Of a stretch of 54,719 bases of DNA, positions 7,737-17,034 are shown in pieces (the first letter of the stretch is position 1; each line of letters begins with the position of its first letter). Origin of the DNA: a virus (taxonomy: Duplodnaviria; Caudoviricetes); IMG/VR virus record IMGVR_UViG_3300046010_009690, positions 1 through 54,719 of that record. The stretch is one strand, 5' to 3'. The notes beneath the pieces are model-generated. The model was not told the DNA's origin, made no database searches, and worked only from the letters and a program-made list of their open reading frames with translations. Both the position numbers and the translations under genes were made by a program.

Positions 7737-10412
7737 ATGAATTACTTCCTTGACAATCCGATTCCGACTGCTGCGCAAGCAATACGTGGTTTCGCGAACG
7801 GCGGCGAAGTAGAGTCGATCACTGGCGAAGACAACTTCCTGCGCACGTTACCCGCAGTTCAGATCGGCGAATTAGCCGACCGGTACGGTATCATGCCGAC
7901 GGGCGAAGAGGAGAAGCTGACGGAGCCTCAAGAGTCGTCGTCAATGGACTTCGAGGCCGGTCAGAAAATGATGGCATTGATGTCGTTGATAGACCCATCC
8001 GCACTTAGCGCGATGAACTTTCAAGTGGGTGATGCAGCGTTTGGCGGGGGCGCTCCGTCAACCTTTCGCGCAGATACTCGCGCAGGACTTGGTAGTGCGG
8101 GATCTTTCTACGAAGAAGGCGCTTTAGAGGCTTTTAAGAAAGCGGCCAAAGATCCGACTCAAGGGATTTTTAAGTCGGGTTTTGATGTGCTTGCCGGTGA
8201 ACCGGGGATAGCAGAAGCTATTGCCGCTAAGTCTGAACGTGATGTTGGTGCGCTTGCCAAGGTAGAATCTGAATATTCTGTGATGAAGCCTTTGAGCGAT
8301 ATGCTGAAGGCCAATCAATTCAAAGAAGCGTTCGACTTCGCTAAACAGAACAACGTCGTTGACAAGCTAATGGACACTAAGACTCTTCAAGAGCTGCGTC
8401 CGGCGTTTAACCAGCAAGAGATGCGCGACTTCTTCGCTGCTGTTCCGAAGGATTACGCGGGCGGCAAGTTCGATTTTAAACCGGATATTGGCGTACTTGA
8501 AAGTATGGACCCATACGGTCAAGGCACATTGATGGAGTCGGGCTACCCTGATCCGACTCGTGCATTTAAACGAAAAGATGATAAGACTGTAGAGAACCTC
8601 GCTAAGGTTGCTGCTGTGGCCATGTTTGCAGCGGGCCTTGCGCCCGTGTTCGCTGGTGCAGGAGCTGGTGCCGGTGCCGGTGCCGGTGCTGCGGGTAGTA
8701 CGGCAGCGGGCGCGGCAAGCACCGGCGGCGGTTTCTTGACCGGCTTGAAGACTGCGGCTACTAACGTACTTAGCATACCTCAGACCATCGGTAAAACGGT
8801 CGCCGCGCAGCTCGGTGTTGGTTCTGTAAGTCCGGTGACTGCGAAGATGATCGGTAACGCCATCATTTCGGGCGGCGTCACCGGCGCAAAGGGCGGTGAT
8901 TTGGGTGATATACTTAAATCCGCTGCAATGGCCGCGGGCCTCACATTTGTCAGCGACAAAGTCATTAGCTCGGTAGCGCAGAAGCTGCAAGATAGTCGCC
9001 TAATGGACGCCGTCAAGGATATCCCCGGCGGCGACGTGTCGGCGGTTAGCCCGACGGCAGCGGCCAATATCGCGAGCAGCGTATCCCAAGGTCTTGAGGA
9101 ATTCGCTGTTACGACATTTGCACCGAGTGCGGCCGCAGCTGGCTTGGCTAATGTTGGCGCTTTGGCCGGTGCTCAAGCGGCTGTGTCACCAGACCAACCG
9201 GCACCCGAACAGGTCGGACCGGAGGACGAGATCGCGGGTGAATTCACCGTTGAGACCACTGCACCCGATTTCGGTGCTGGTCTCGAGACTGGCGCATATA
9301 CCGGCTACAAACTCGCATCTGACCAAGGTGTTGAAGAACCGGCGGTCACCGAACAAACGGAAGTTGTTGAGGAACCCGTTGAAGAGATCAAAGTCTCCAC
9401 GGAAGCGGATCAATTGGACTTCTCCGACCCGTTCATCCAATCGTTGATTGATCAATACACACCGGAAGTTACTCAACCTGATCTTGAAGAGGTGAAAGTC
9501 TCGACATCGCCGGATGAGCTCGAGGTTTCAGACGCAAGTGATGCTGTCATTCAGACGGTTATGGATCAGTTCGAACCTGCTCCAATCGATCCGGAAACGG
9601 GGATGGCAGAAATCGAAGTTTCCACAGATAACCTTGACCTCACTGACCCTTTGACGCAGGTGCTGACCAATCGTTTCGATGTGGAGACTCCCGAACCTGT
9701 GACAGACGGTATCGAAGAGTTTAAGGTGGAGACGGAAAGAGAACTACCTGATGAAGATCTCAACATTCCGCCACCGACTCCGATCGTGGTCGATCCGGCT
9801 GATATCCTCAAAGATTACAAACCAGTCGGTGTTGAGGAAGACCCTTTCAAGGAGCTACTCAAAAAATATGGCACGCTCGAGAATTTAATCAAGGGTCTCG
9901 GGGTATTAGGCGGCACAAGCGAGACGCAAGCACCACCGGCTGTTGCTGCCCCATACGATCCCCGCGCTAGCGCCGGTGCTGGTCAATGGATCGACTGGGA
10001 AAAGGTGAAGGCCGAAGCTGACGCTGCCGGTATGAACTTGAACACCTACACCGCTCGCAACTGGAACAAGATCCAGAACCGTGCTCTTGAAGCGGGGGTG
10101 CCGCAACCGGTCGCCCCGGTGACTCCGCCAGAATACCAGCCGGACTTGCAGATGAATCGCGGTGGTCTCGGACGATACGTAGATGGTCCTGGATCCGGTC
10201 GTGATGATAAAATACCGGCATTGCTAAGCGACGGCGAATATGTCATCGACGCGGAGACTTTGGCACTGTTGGGCGACGGTTCGACCAAGGAAGGTGCACG
10301 TAAGATGGACGAGTTCCGATCAAGCATTCGTAAGCACAAGGGCTCGAAGTTGGCGAAAGGTGGTATCAGCCCCAACGCCAAGTCTCCGCTCCAGTATTTG
10401 AGAGGCGTATAA
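7737..10412 (+). CDS. Putative internal virion / DNA-ejection protein
   Basis: 891 aa; Gly/Ala hydrophobic segments, acidic repeats, C-terminal GPGSGRDDKIPALLSDGEYV motif. Confidence 0.65.
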   Translation: MNYFLDNPIPTAAQAIRGFANGGEVESITGEDNFLRTLPAVQIGELADRYGIMPTGEEEKLTEPQESSSMDFEAGQKMMALMSLIDPSALSAMNFQVGDAAFGGGAPSTFRADTRAGLGSAGSFYEEGALEAFKKAAKDPTQGIFKSGFDVLAGEPGIAEAIAAKSERDVGALAKVESEYSVMKPLSDMLKANQFKEAFDFAKQNNVVDKLMDTKTLQELRPAFNQQEMRDFFAAVPKDYAGGKFDFKPDIGVLESMDPYGQGTLMESGYPDPTRAFKRKDDKTVENLAKVAAVAMFAAGLAPVFAGAGAGAGAGAGAAGSTAAGAASTGGGFLTGLKTAATNVLSIPQTIGKTVAAQLGVGSVSPVTAKMIGNAIISGGVTGAKGGDLGDILKSAAMAAGLTFVSDKVISSVAQKLQDSRLMDAVKDIPGGDVSAVSPTAAANIASSVSQGLEEFAVTTFAPSAAAAGLANVGALAGAQAAVSPDQPAPEQVGPEDEIAGEFTVETTAPDFGAGLETGAYTGYKLASDQGVEEPAVTEQTEVVEEPVEEIKVSTEADQLDFSDPFIQSLIDQYTPEVTQPDLEEVKVSTSPDELEVSDASDAVIQTVMDQFEPAPIDPETGMAEIEVSTDNLDLTDPLTQVLTNRFDVETPEPVTDGIEEFKVETERELPDEDLNIPPPTPIVVDPADILKDYKPVGVEEDPFKELLKKYGTLENLIKGLGVLGGTSETQAPPAVAAPYDPRASAGAGQWIDWEKVKAEADAAGMNLNTYTARNWNKIQNRALEAGVPQPVAPVTPPEYQPDLQMNRGGLGRYVDGPGSGRDDKIPALLSDGEYVIDAETLALLGDGSTKEGARKMDEFRSSIRKHKGSKLAKGGISPNAKSPLQYLRGV

Positions 10413-10413
10413 C

Positions 10414-11826
10414 ATGGCAAGCCTTCTTTCCGGCACTCCCGGTTCCACCACGTCTACCGTCTCGACGCAGACGCCACCTTGGATGCAGGACGCTATTTAT
10501 AACACAGTGTCTTGGGCGCAGAATCTTGCTAACAAGCCATACGTCCCCTACGAAGGTCCACGGATCGCCGGGTTCACTCCAACCGAACAAGCGGGCATGC
10601 GGGCTGCGGTTGGTTCCGCGGGAGCGTTCGAACCGTATCTCGGTGCCGCAACCGGGGCACTCGGTGAAGCCGCGGGAATTAAAACCGCGGGGATGATTAC
10701 CGGTGGTCCTTCTGGGATGGCCGGTGCTCAGCCATATTTGTCGCAAGCCGCCGGGATGAGTGGTGCGGGAGCAGCTCAGCCTTACCTTCAGAAAGGTGCC
10801 GCGCCAATCGAGATGGCGGGTAAGGGTAGCGCACTCAGTATGGCCCAGCCGATGCTCGGACAAGCTGTCGGTGCCTCGCCGCTTTCGGCCGCTCAACCAT
10901 ATTTGAGTCAAGCCTCTCGAACCTTCCCCGGTGCGGTCGAACAGTATATGAACCCGTACACGAAGAACGTGGTCGGACAGATCGCGGATCTCGGGGTGCG
11001 CCAACTGCAGGAGAAATTCCTCCCCGCGATCGGCGAAGAATTCATCCGAGCGGGGCAATTTGGCGGTTCGCGGATGGGTGAATTCGGTGCACGCGCTCTG
11101 CGTGATGTGCAGGAAGGCGTGTTGGCCGAACAATCGAAGGCGCTGCAAGCGGGTTATGGTCAAGCAGCAGATATCTTCGGTCAAGAGCAAGCCCGCCAAG
11201 CGCAGCTCGCGGGTACCGTCGGCCAGCTCGGTGGCGCACAGCAACGTGCTCTCCTTGAAGCTGGTCAAACGATGGGCCAATTAAGCACGAGCGACTTGCA
11301 ACGATTGCTCCAAAGTGGTGTCAGTCTCGCTGAGATCGGTCAGACGCTTGGTGGTCTCACCGCGCAAGATGCAGCTCGACTGGCCGAAATTGGCGCGACC
11401 ACAGGCCAGCTCACTGGGCAAGACGCGCAGCGGGCGTTGCAGACTCAGATGGCACAGGCAGAAGCCGCGGCACAAGACGCCGCTAACATGCGGGCTATCG
11501 CGCAGCAATACGGTGGGCTTGGTGAAGCCGCTCAGACTCTTGGGTTGCGCGGTGCAGCAGCGATAACTGGAGTCGGTGGTGCCGAACGTGAACTCGGGCA
11601 GCGGGCGCTTGACCTTGCATACCAGCAGTACGAAGAAGAGCGCAAATACCCGTACGAACAGCTCGGATTCCAAGCCGGTATTATCGGCGGTTTCCCTGCA
11701 AGCAGCACCGGCACTACCAGCACTGCCAGTAGGATCGATCAGCCGGTCGAACCGTCTGATCTGTCGAAGATTCTCGGCGGGCTCGCGGGCGCGACCGCTT
11801 TGTATAAGACGTGGAAGGGTCCCTGA
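10414..11826 (+). CDS. Putative DNA-ejection/pilot protein
   Basis: Gln/Ala/Gly-rich; AQPYL repeats; YMNPY and FGGSR motifs. Confidence 0.65.
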   Translation: MASLLSGTPGSTTSTVSTQTPPWMQDAIYNTVSWAQNLANKPYVPYEGPRIAGFTPTEQAGMRAAVGSAGAFEPYLGAATGALGEAAGIKTAGMITGGPSGMAGAQPYLSQAAGMSGAGAAQPYLQKGAAPIEMAGKGSALSMAQPMLGQAVGASPLSAAQPYLSQASRTFPGAVEQYMNPYTKNVVGQIADLGVRQLQEKFLPAIGEEFIRAGQFGGSRMGEFGARALRDVQEGVLAEQSKALQAGYGQAADIFGQEQARQAQLAGTVGQLGGAQQRALLEAGQTMGQLSTSDLQRLLQSGVSLAEIGQTLGGLTAQDAARLAEIGATTGQLTGQDAQRALQTQMAQAEAAAQDAANMRAIAQQYGGLGEAAQTLGLRGAAAITGVGGAERELGQRALDLAYQQYEEERKYPYEQLGFQAGIIGGFPASSTGTTSTASRIDQPVEPSDLSKILGGLAGATALYKTWKGP

Positions 11827-12953
11827 TGGCTAACAACATCTACTCTATGCTCGATATTGGTGCGGCCCCTCAAGCGGAGGAGCGTCCGGACCAGATCGAG
11901 TCGCTCTTCTCGAAGTACTTCGGTGCCGATGACTACATGTTGAAGGCAGAAGAAGCGCAGAAGAAGCGAAACGAACTCCTCGCAGCTTATAAAGGCACTT
12001 TGGCCGGAAGTGCACAGATCGCTGACGCCGAACCTTCTCAGTCTGAGCGTTACTTCCGGTTGGCGCAAGCTCTTCTGACTCCGGGCAAGACCGGTGATTT
12101 CTACGAGTCGCTTGGCAACGTAGCTGAAGTCTCGGGCGAAATGGAGAAAGAGAAACGTCTTGCTCGTCGCCAACAAGCTCTTGACGCTTTGAAGGCGGCG
12201 GGTGCCGGTCAGCAACTCGACATCGAAGCCGCGGGACAGGATATCGACCTCTACACGAAACTCGCTGAGAAAGCGGAATCGACGAGAGGCAATATCCTGC
12301 AGAAGCTGGCCGAGCAGTCGTTCAAGCCGAGAGAGGCGCAATCGCCCGCTGGTAAGCAAGCGATGGACGAGGGCCTCACACCGGGAACGGCCGACTTCCA
12401 CAAGCGTGTCGCGGCGATCGCCGAGAAGCAGGGTGACGCTGCAGAAGCTCGTCTCAACGTGGCTCTCGCTAACGCGGCGCTTGCTCAAGCTAAATACGAA
12501 CGTTCCGGCACCGAGATGGGTGCGGCCGAGACTCGACTCTTGTCCGAAACCGAGGACAGTCTGTTCGCGAAGAAAGAATCGAAGATGCTTCTCGGTGAGG
12601 CGTTGCGGCTTAATCCGTACACCTACGATTCGAGTATTGCTGACACTCTCGCTCGATTCTCGGCTGAAGGCTTCTCACCGGATAGCGAGAAGGTGATTAA
12701 CACTCGCGACCTTGAGAATATTCTTACTCAGCAATTGTTGTCGAGCCTCCGAGCGACGTTCGGTGCTGCACCGACCGAAGGTGAACGTAAGGTTCTTGAA
12801 GAGTTGCAAGGTATTGAGTCGAAGAGTAAAAAGGAGCGCGAGCGCATCCTCACTCGAGCCTTGTCGCTTGCCGACTCTCGAATTAAAAAGGACGAAGAGC
12901 GCATTAATGCGATCCGCGGCGGTGCTTACCGGTACCGCACCACGCAGGAGTAA
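11826..12953 (+). CDS. Putative internal virion protein (helical)
   Basis: ATG overlaps the upstream TGA; coiled-coil; FGAAPTEGER motif. Confidence 0.6.
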   Translation: MANNIYSMLDIGAAPQAEERPDQIESLFSKYFGADDYMLKAEEAQKKRNELLAAYKGTLAGSAQIADAEPSQSERYFRLAQALLTPGKTGDFYESLGNVAEVSGEMEKEKRLARRQQALDALKAAGAGQQLDIEAAGQDIDLYTKLAEKAESTRGNILQKLAEQSFKPREAQSPAGKQAMDEGLTPGTADFHKRVAAIAEKQGDAAEARLNVALANAALAQAKYERSGTEMGAAETRLLSETEDSLFAKKESKMLLGEALRLNPYTYDSSIADTLARFSAEGFSPDSEKVINTRDLENILTQQLLSSLRATFGAAPTEGERKVLEELQGIESKSKKERERILTRALSLADSRIKKDEERINAIRGGAYRYRTTQE

Positions 12954-12956
12954 GAC

Positions 12957-14897
12957 ATGGCCGACACAGCAACGAACCTCGTCCGGTCTATCCTTGGCCA
13001 GGGCTTGGCGATGGGTTGGGGCGACGAGGCTGAAGCGTGGCTTCGCTCTAAGCTCGGCGACGAGGAGTACGAGAAGGCACTCACCGAGATTCGGTCCGAG
13101 TACGGCACATTCTCGGAAGAAAGCCCTTGGGTGTCTGGTATTGGTGAAATCGCAGGTGGTGCAATCCCCGCGGTAGCGTCGTTCCTGACGCCGGGTGGTC
13201 AGCTTAGCGCCGCGACGACAACTGGCCGCATGCTCGGCCCTCTGTCGCGACTGATCGGTCTCGGCAAAACGGCCGGTCAGCGAACGACCGCGCAAAACGT
13301 CGGCCGAATCGCAACAACTGGTGGTGTTCAAGGCGCGATCACAGGCGCGGGTAGCACCGAGGGCGATCGAACGGCCGGAGCTGTTGGCGGTGGCCTCTTC
13401 GGTACAGCATTCGGTACTGCAACGCCGCTCGTGCTCAAAGGTACTGGTGAACTCGCTAGCCGCGTATTCGACATGGCGGGCGTGTCACCCAACAAGGCGA
13501 AACAGTGGGCTCTCGAGAAGCTGAATCTTGCACTCGATGATGAAAGCCCCCGTGCGATCGCGAGTCGGATCCGACAGGATATTCAACTCGGCGTACCTCC
13601 GGCGATCGCCAACGTTACGCCGGGTACGGTACAACTCGCAGAATCTGTGGTGCAGCGCGGCGGCAAGCCGTCCCGCGAACTCGAAGAGAAGATCGCGGCA
13701 CAAAAGGCCGGATCGCGTGATCGGGTTGCCAAACAAGTGCGCCGTGGCCTACAGGCCCGCGATTACTACAAGGAAGAGGGTCGCCTGATCGAGGACCTCC
13801 GATCGGATGCCGACACTCTGTATGATGCCGCGTATGCTGTGGGTGACATCAACGATCCTGTAATCAACCGCGTGTTGCTCGAGCCGGAATTCCAGCGGTT
13901 CTTTACCAAGGCACAAGGTATTCTGGACAAGAAGCGTCTCGCCGCGGAACTCGATCCGCAGGGCGATCCGTCGAAGTTCGTGCTGCGACCGATCTACGAT
14001 CCGCAGACCGGGCAAATGGTGGCGACGCCGGACGTCCGGACGCTCGACTACATCAAGCAGGGCATCGACGCTGAGATCGGCGAGCTGTACAAAGCCGGTA
14101 AATCGGCCGAGGGTAACGCACTCAAGGCGCTGCGTGAGCAGTACATCCGACGTCTCGACGATTTGGTGCCGGAGTACAAAGCAGCTCGAGCCGAGTACAA
14201 AGGCGACATCGAGACGCTCGAAGCGTTGCGGCTCGGCCGCGACGAATTCAGGAACCTCGACCCTGAGCAGGTGCAGAAATTCGTCAAAGATATGTCGAAG
14301 GGCGAGCTAAATGCTTTCCGCACCGGTGTAGCCCGGAATCTGTTCGACACGATCATGGATCCGGCTACCGACATCAACGCGGCCAAGAGGATCATCGGGT
14401 CACCATCGACCCGCAAGTCGCTGGAGGCGGTCTTCGAGACACCGGCCCAGCGCGACTTCTTCATGACGGCGCTCGAGCGTGAACTCGAACTGTTCAAATC
14501 CGCGGGTCAGATTCTGGCGGGTTCGCCGACCGCGAAGCGCACCGCGATGCGCGAGACGTTGGAAAACCGACCGGGCGTAATGGAAGCCGCTGCTGAGACG
14601 GCGAGCCGCGGTTTCATCGGGTCGATTGCACAGGGTGTACTATCGCTCCTTCGCAAGGGCGTTCCCGACGAATATTACCAAGAGCTGGCCAATTTACTCA
14701 AATCCGGGTCGCCGAAGGAAGTAGCCGCGGTGGTTAAAATGCTCGAGGAAGCTGCCCAGAAGCGAGGATTTCGCGAAGGTACGATCGGCGGCACCCAAGC
14801 CGGTATCGTCGGCGGCACGATTGGCCTCGCACCACCGGCTCCTGAGAGCGCGGAAGCCCGCCGTAGCCGCGAAGAGCGGCAGATGCTATATCGGTAG
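12957..14897 (+). CDS. Putative large DNA-ejection protein
   Basis: GQGLAMGWGDEAEA N-terminus; glycine-zipper segments; last gene of the virion operon. Confidence 0.65.
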   Translation: MADTATNLVRSILGQGLAMGWGDEAEAWLRSKLGDEEYEKALTEIRSEYGTFSEESPWVSGIGEIAGGAIPAVASFLTPGGQLSAATTTGRMLGPLSRLIGLGKTAGQRTTAQNVGRIATTGGVQGAITGAGSTEGDRTAGAVGGGLFGTAFGTATPLVLKGTGELASRVFDMAGVSPNKAKQWALEKLNLALDDESPRAIASRIRQDIQLGVPPAIANVTPGTVQLAESVVQRGGKPSRELEEKIAAQKAGSRDRVAKQVRRGLQARDYYKEEGRLIEDLRSDADTLYDAAYAVGDINDPVINRVLLEPEFQRFFTKAQGILDKKRLAAELDPQGDPSKFVLRPIYDPQTGQMVATPDVRTLDYIKQGIDAEIGELYKAGKSAEGNALKALREQYIRRLDDLVPEYKAARAEYKGDIETLEALRLGRDEFRNLDPEQVQKFVKDMSKGELNAFRTGVARNLFDTIMDPATDINAAKRIIGSPSTRKSLEAVFETPAQRDFFMTALERELELFKSAGQILAGSPTAKRTAMRETLENRPGVMEAAAETASRGFIGSIAQGVLSLLRKGVPDEYYQELANLLKSGSPKEVAAVVKMLEEAAQKRGFREGTIGGTQAGIVGGTIGLAPPAPESAEARRSREERQMLYR

Positions 14898-15065
14898 CGG
14901 GTCCTTCTTCCGAGCGGCGAGGAGAGCCTTCCCGATGGCTTCGACTCGCTTCTTACGAATCGGGTCACAGCGACCGAAATGTTCGATTTGACATTGGCGG
15001 CACCAGAATCGGACTTGCCGAGGGTGCCGTCGGTACGATTTCCACCCCATGGGGGATCTTATCAC
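14886..15065 (-). CDS. Small basic putative Zn-binding protein (not in the ORF track)
   Basis: Hand translation: MIRSPMGWKSYRRHPRQVRFWCRQCQIEHFGRCDPIRKKRVEAIGKALLAARKKDPLPI (GTG at 15065 or ATG at 15050); CxxC-x3-H-x3-C. Confidence 0.5.
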   Translation of the reverse strand: MIRSPMGWKSYRRHPRQVRFWCRQCQIEHFGRCDPIRKKRVEAIGKALLAARKKDPLPI

Positions 15066-15134
15066 GGGCCTCGAACTGTGTTAAGATGGTCGTGACGGCA
15101 TAAGAAGAACAATTCGCCGTTTCACCCCCGAAAC

Positions 15135-15445
15135 AATGTAGCGGTTGTAGCATTTTTGTAGCGGTATATATGCTACACACTAATATGTGCTCTCGCACGG
15201 GCGGGAACGGCATCAGAAAATATATATACCCCCCTCTGTGGCGCTGTAGCGTAAAAAAAGGGGATATACTATAGGGGTAATTTACGAATATTAATATATA
15301 GGGGTAACACAAGAATATGTAATCCCCCCGCTACAATGCTACACTATATTATTGTCTCTTTTTTTGTACGGGCGGGAACGGCATCAGAAATATAATTTGT
15401 GTGTAGCACCTATATATGCTACAAAACCGCTACAAACGCTACAAT
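15135..15445. repeat. Iteron-rich quasi-palindromic origin-like element A
   Basis: 11 TGTAGC/GCTACA hexamers; ~50-bp inverted arms; perfect 23-nt direct repeat at 15197-15219 and 15368-15390; AT-rich core; directly upstream of the primase gene. Confidence 0.75.
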
Positions 15446-15473
15446 TGACCGCGGGACGGTTTCGTGGTACCCT
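15445..15473 (+). promoter_or_regulatory. Sigma70-like promoter of the primase operon
   Basis: TTGACC-N17-TACCCT with extended TG. Confidence 0.5.
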
Positions 15474-15501
15474 TCCCATATCGTTTATAGCGAGGTTTGA
15501 C

Positions 15502-17034
15502 ATGGTCACTGATATTCAGGTGGAGCGTTTCGCTGCCCTCTACAAGGGTCTGGACCGAGTTCGAGGGGTCTGGAAGAAAACCGGCTACATGGAAACGGTC
15601 AAGGAGAAACCGACCCTTGATAATTTCCGGGACCACCTAGACGGGGATATCGGTATTGGTGTGGTGCCAATCGACGACGATAGCATGGTGCAGTGGGGTG
15701 CCATCGACATCGATGCTCACGAGGATGGGCAATTTATCCCCCTCCAGCCGTTGATACTTAAGATCGAGGAATACGGGTACCCGCTCATTGTGTGTCAGAG
15801 CAAGTCGCAGGGTGCACACCTCTACCTCTTCCTATCAGAGAGGCTTCCCGCGGCCCTCGTGCAGGGCGTTCTTAAGCAATGGGCTACTAATATAGGATAT
15901 CCTGGGGTCGAGGTCTTCCCGAAGCAGAAGAAGCTCTCGAAGGGGCAAGTCGGTAATTGGATTAACTTGCCATATTTTAATGCTGGGGATACGGTAAGGT
16001 TCGCTTGGTCCTCCGGGCAAAAGTTAACCCTCGATGAATTCCTCGACCGAGCCGAGGCATCGTTGTGCGACAAGAATCGGATGATGAGTTTGACCTTCGG
16101 GACCGACCATCAGGATGCGCCACCTTGCATCCAGCACATCCTGACCAAGGGTGGTGTGACTTCGGGCTCGCGCAACAATGCACTATTTAATATTGCCATT
16201 TATCTTAAGAAGGTCGACCCGAACAATATTGAAGAACCGTTGATGCAGATCAACTATGACAAGTCGATCGTCTACAAACCACTCCCGCGACGGGAGATTT
16301 CGACCATCGTATCGTCGGTCGGCAAGGGTGACTACGGCTACCGGTGCAACGAGGAGCCGATTTGTTCGCTTTGCGACAAAGAGCTTTGCAAAACCCGCAA
16401 GTTCGGGATCGGGCAGGGCAACAAGACGATGTTCCACGACTTCATGTTCGGTGGACTCAAGAAGATCATGACTGATCCGCCGAAGTATCTTGTCGAGGTG
16501 AATGGTCGCGAGATGGTGCTTGATCATGCGGTGCTGTTTAACTTCATCTCTTTCCAGCTCGCCTGTTTCGCGTATGCCGATCTCGTGATCCCGGATATGA
16601 AGAAGATTGACTGGCAAGCGACGCTTAAGCAGAAAATGGACACGATGGAGTGCATCGACGCACCTGAGGATGTCGGGCCGAAGGCAGTGGTGGGCGGCAT
16701 GCTCGAGGAATTTACTCGAGTCTGCGAGCGTTTGAGTGATGACAATAAGCCGAAATTTGGTAATATTGAGGATGTTCTCCGTGGCATTCCGGTGCTTATC
16801 GAGAACGAAGAGAAGCAGCCGACGGTGGTGTTCAGGTCCACTGATTTCATCTCCTTCTTGAAGAGGAAGCGGTCGGAAGAGGCGAAAGGTGCGGATCTCT
16901 GGGTCATCCTTCGTGGGCTCGGATGCGGTTATTCGAAATCGCGTGTTGGTAAAAAGGTGATCCGCCTTTGGCACAAACCCGCCAATCTCGCACCGACTGA
17001 TTTCCAACCGCTCAAGATCGAGGAACGTTTCTAA
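15502..17034 (+). CDS. Archaeo-eukaryotic primase/primase-polymerase with PriCT-like domain
   Basis: WGAIDID, SKSQGAHLYLF, EVFPKQ, GNWINLPY, PPCI, GSRNNALF motifs; RBS GAGGT before ATG 15502. Confidence 0.85.
   Translation: MVTDIQVERFAALYKGLDRVRGVWKKTGYMETVKEKPTLDNFRDHLDGDIGIGVVPIDDDSMVQWGAIDIDAHEDGQFIPLQPLILKIEEYGYPLIVCQSKSQGAHLYLFLSERLPAALVQGVLKQWATNIGYPGVEVFPKQKKLSKGQVGNWINLPYFNAGDTVRFAWSSGQKLTLDEFLDRAEASLCDKNRMMSLTFGTDHQDAPPCIQHILTKGGVTSGSRNNALFNIAIYLKKVDPNNIEEPLMQINYDKSIVYKPLPRREISTIVSSVGKGDYGYRCNEEPICSLCDKELCKTRKFGIGQGNKTMFHDFMFGGLKKIMTDPPKYLVEVNGREMVLDHAVLFNFISFQLACFAYADLVIPDMKKIDWQATLKQKMDTMECIDAPEDVGPKAVVGGMLEEFTRVCERLSDDNKPKFGNIEDVLRGIPVLIENEEKQPTVVFRSTDFISFLKRKRSEEAKGADLWVILRGLGCGYSKSRVGKKVIRLWHKPANLAPTDFQPLKIEERF

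Noticed and set aside
8652-8730. GGTGCC tandem repeat as a contingency locus
   Set aside because: An in-frame Gly-Ala low-complexity linker; length changes would not shift the frame
15135-15445. CRISPR array or MITE
   Set aside because: Repeats are hexamers in both orientations plus one 23-nt pair; there is no regular repeat-spacer period, cas gene, transposase or clear target-site duplication
15352-15501. N-terminal extension of the primase, and other ORFs over elements A and B (14965-15312, 34325-34643)
   Set aside because: They run through the iteron repeats; the promoter and RBS support ATG 15502 instead
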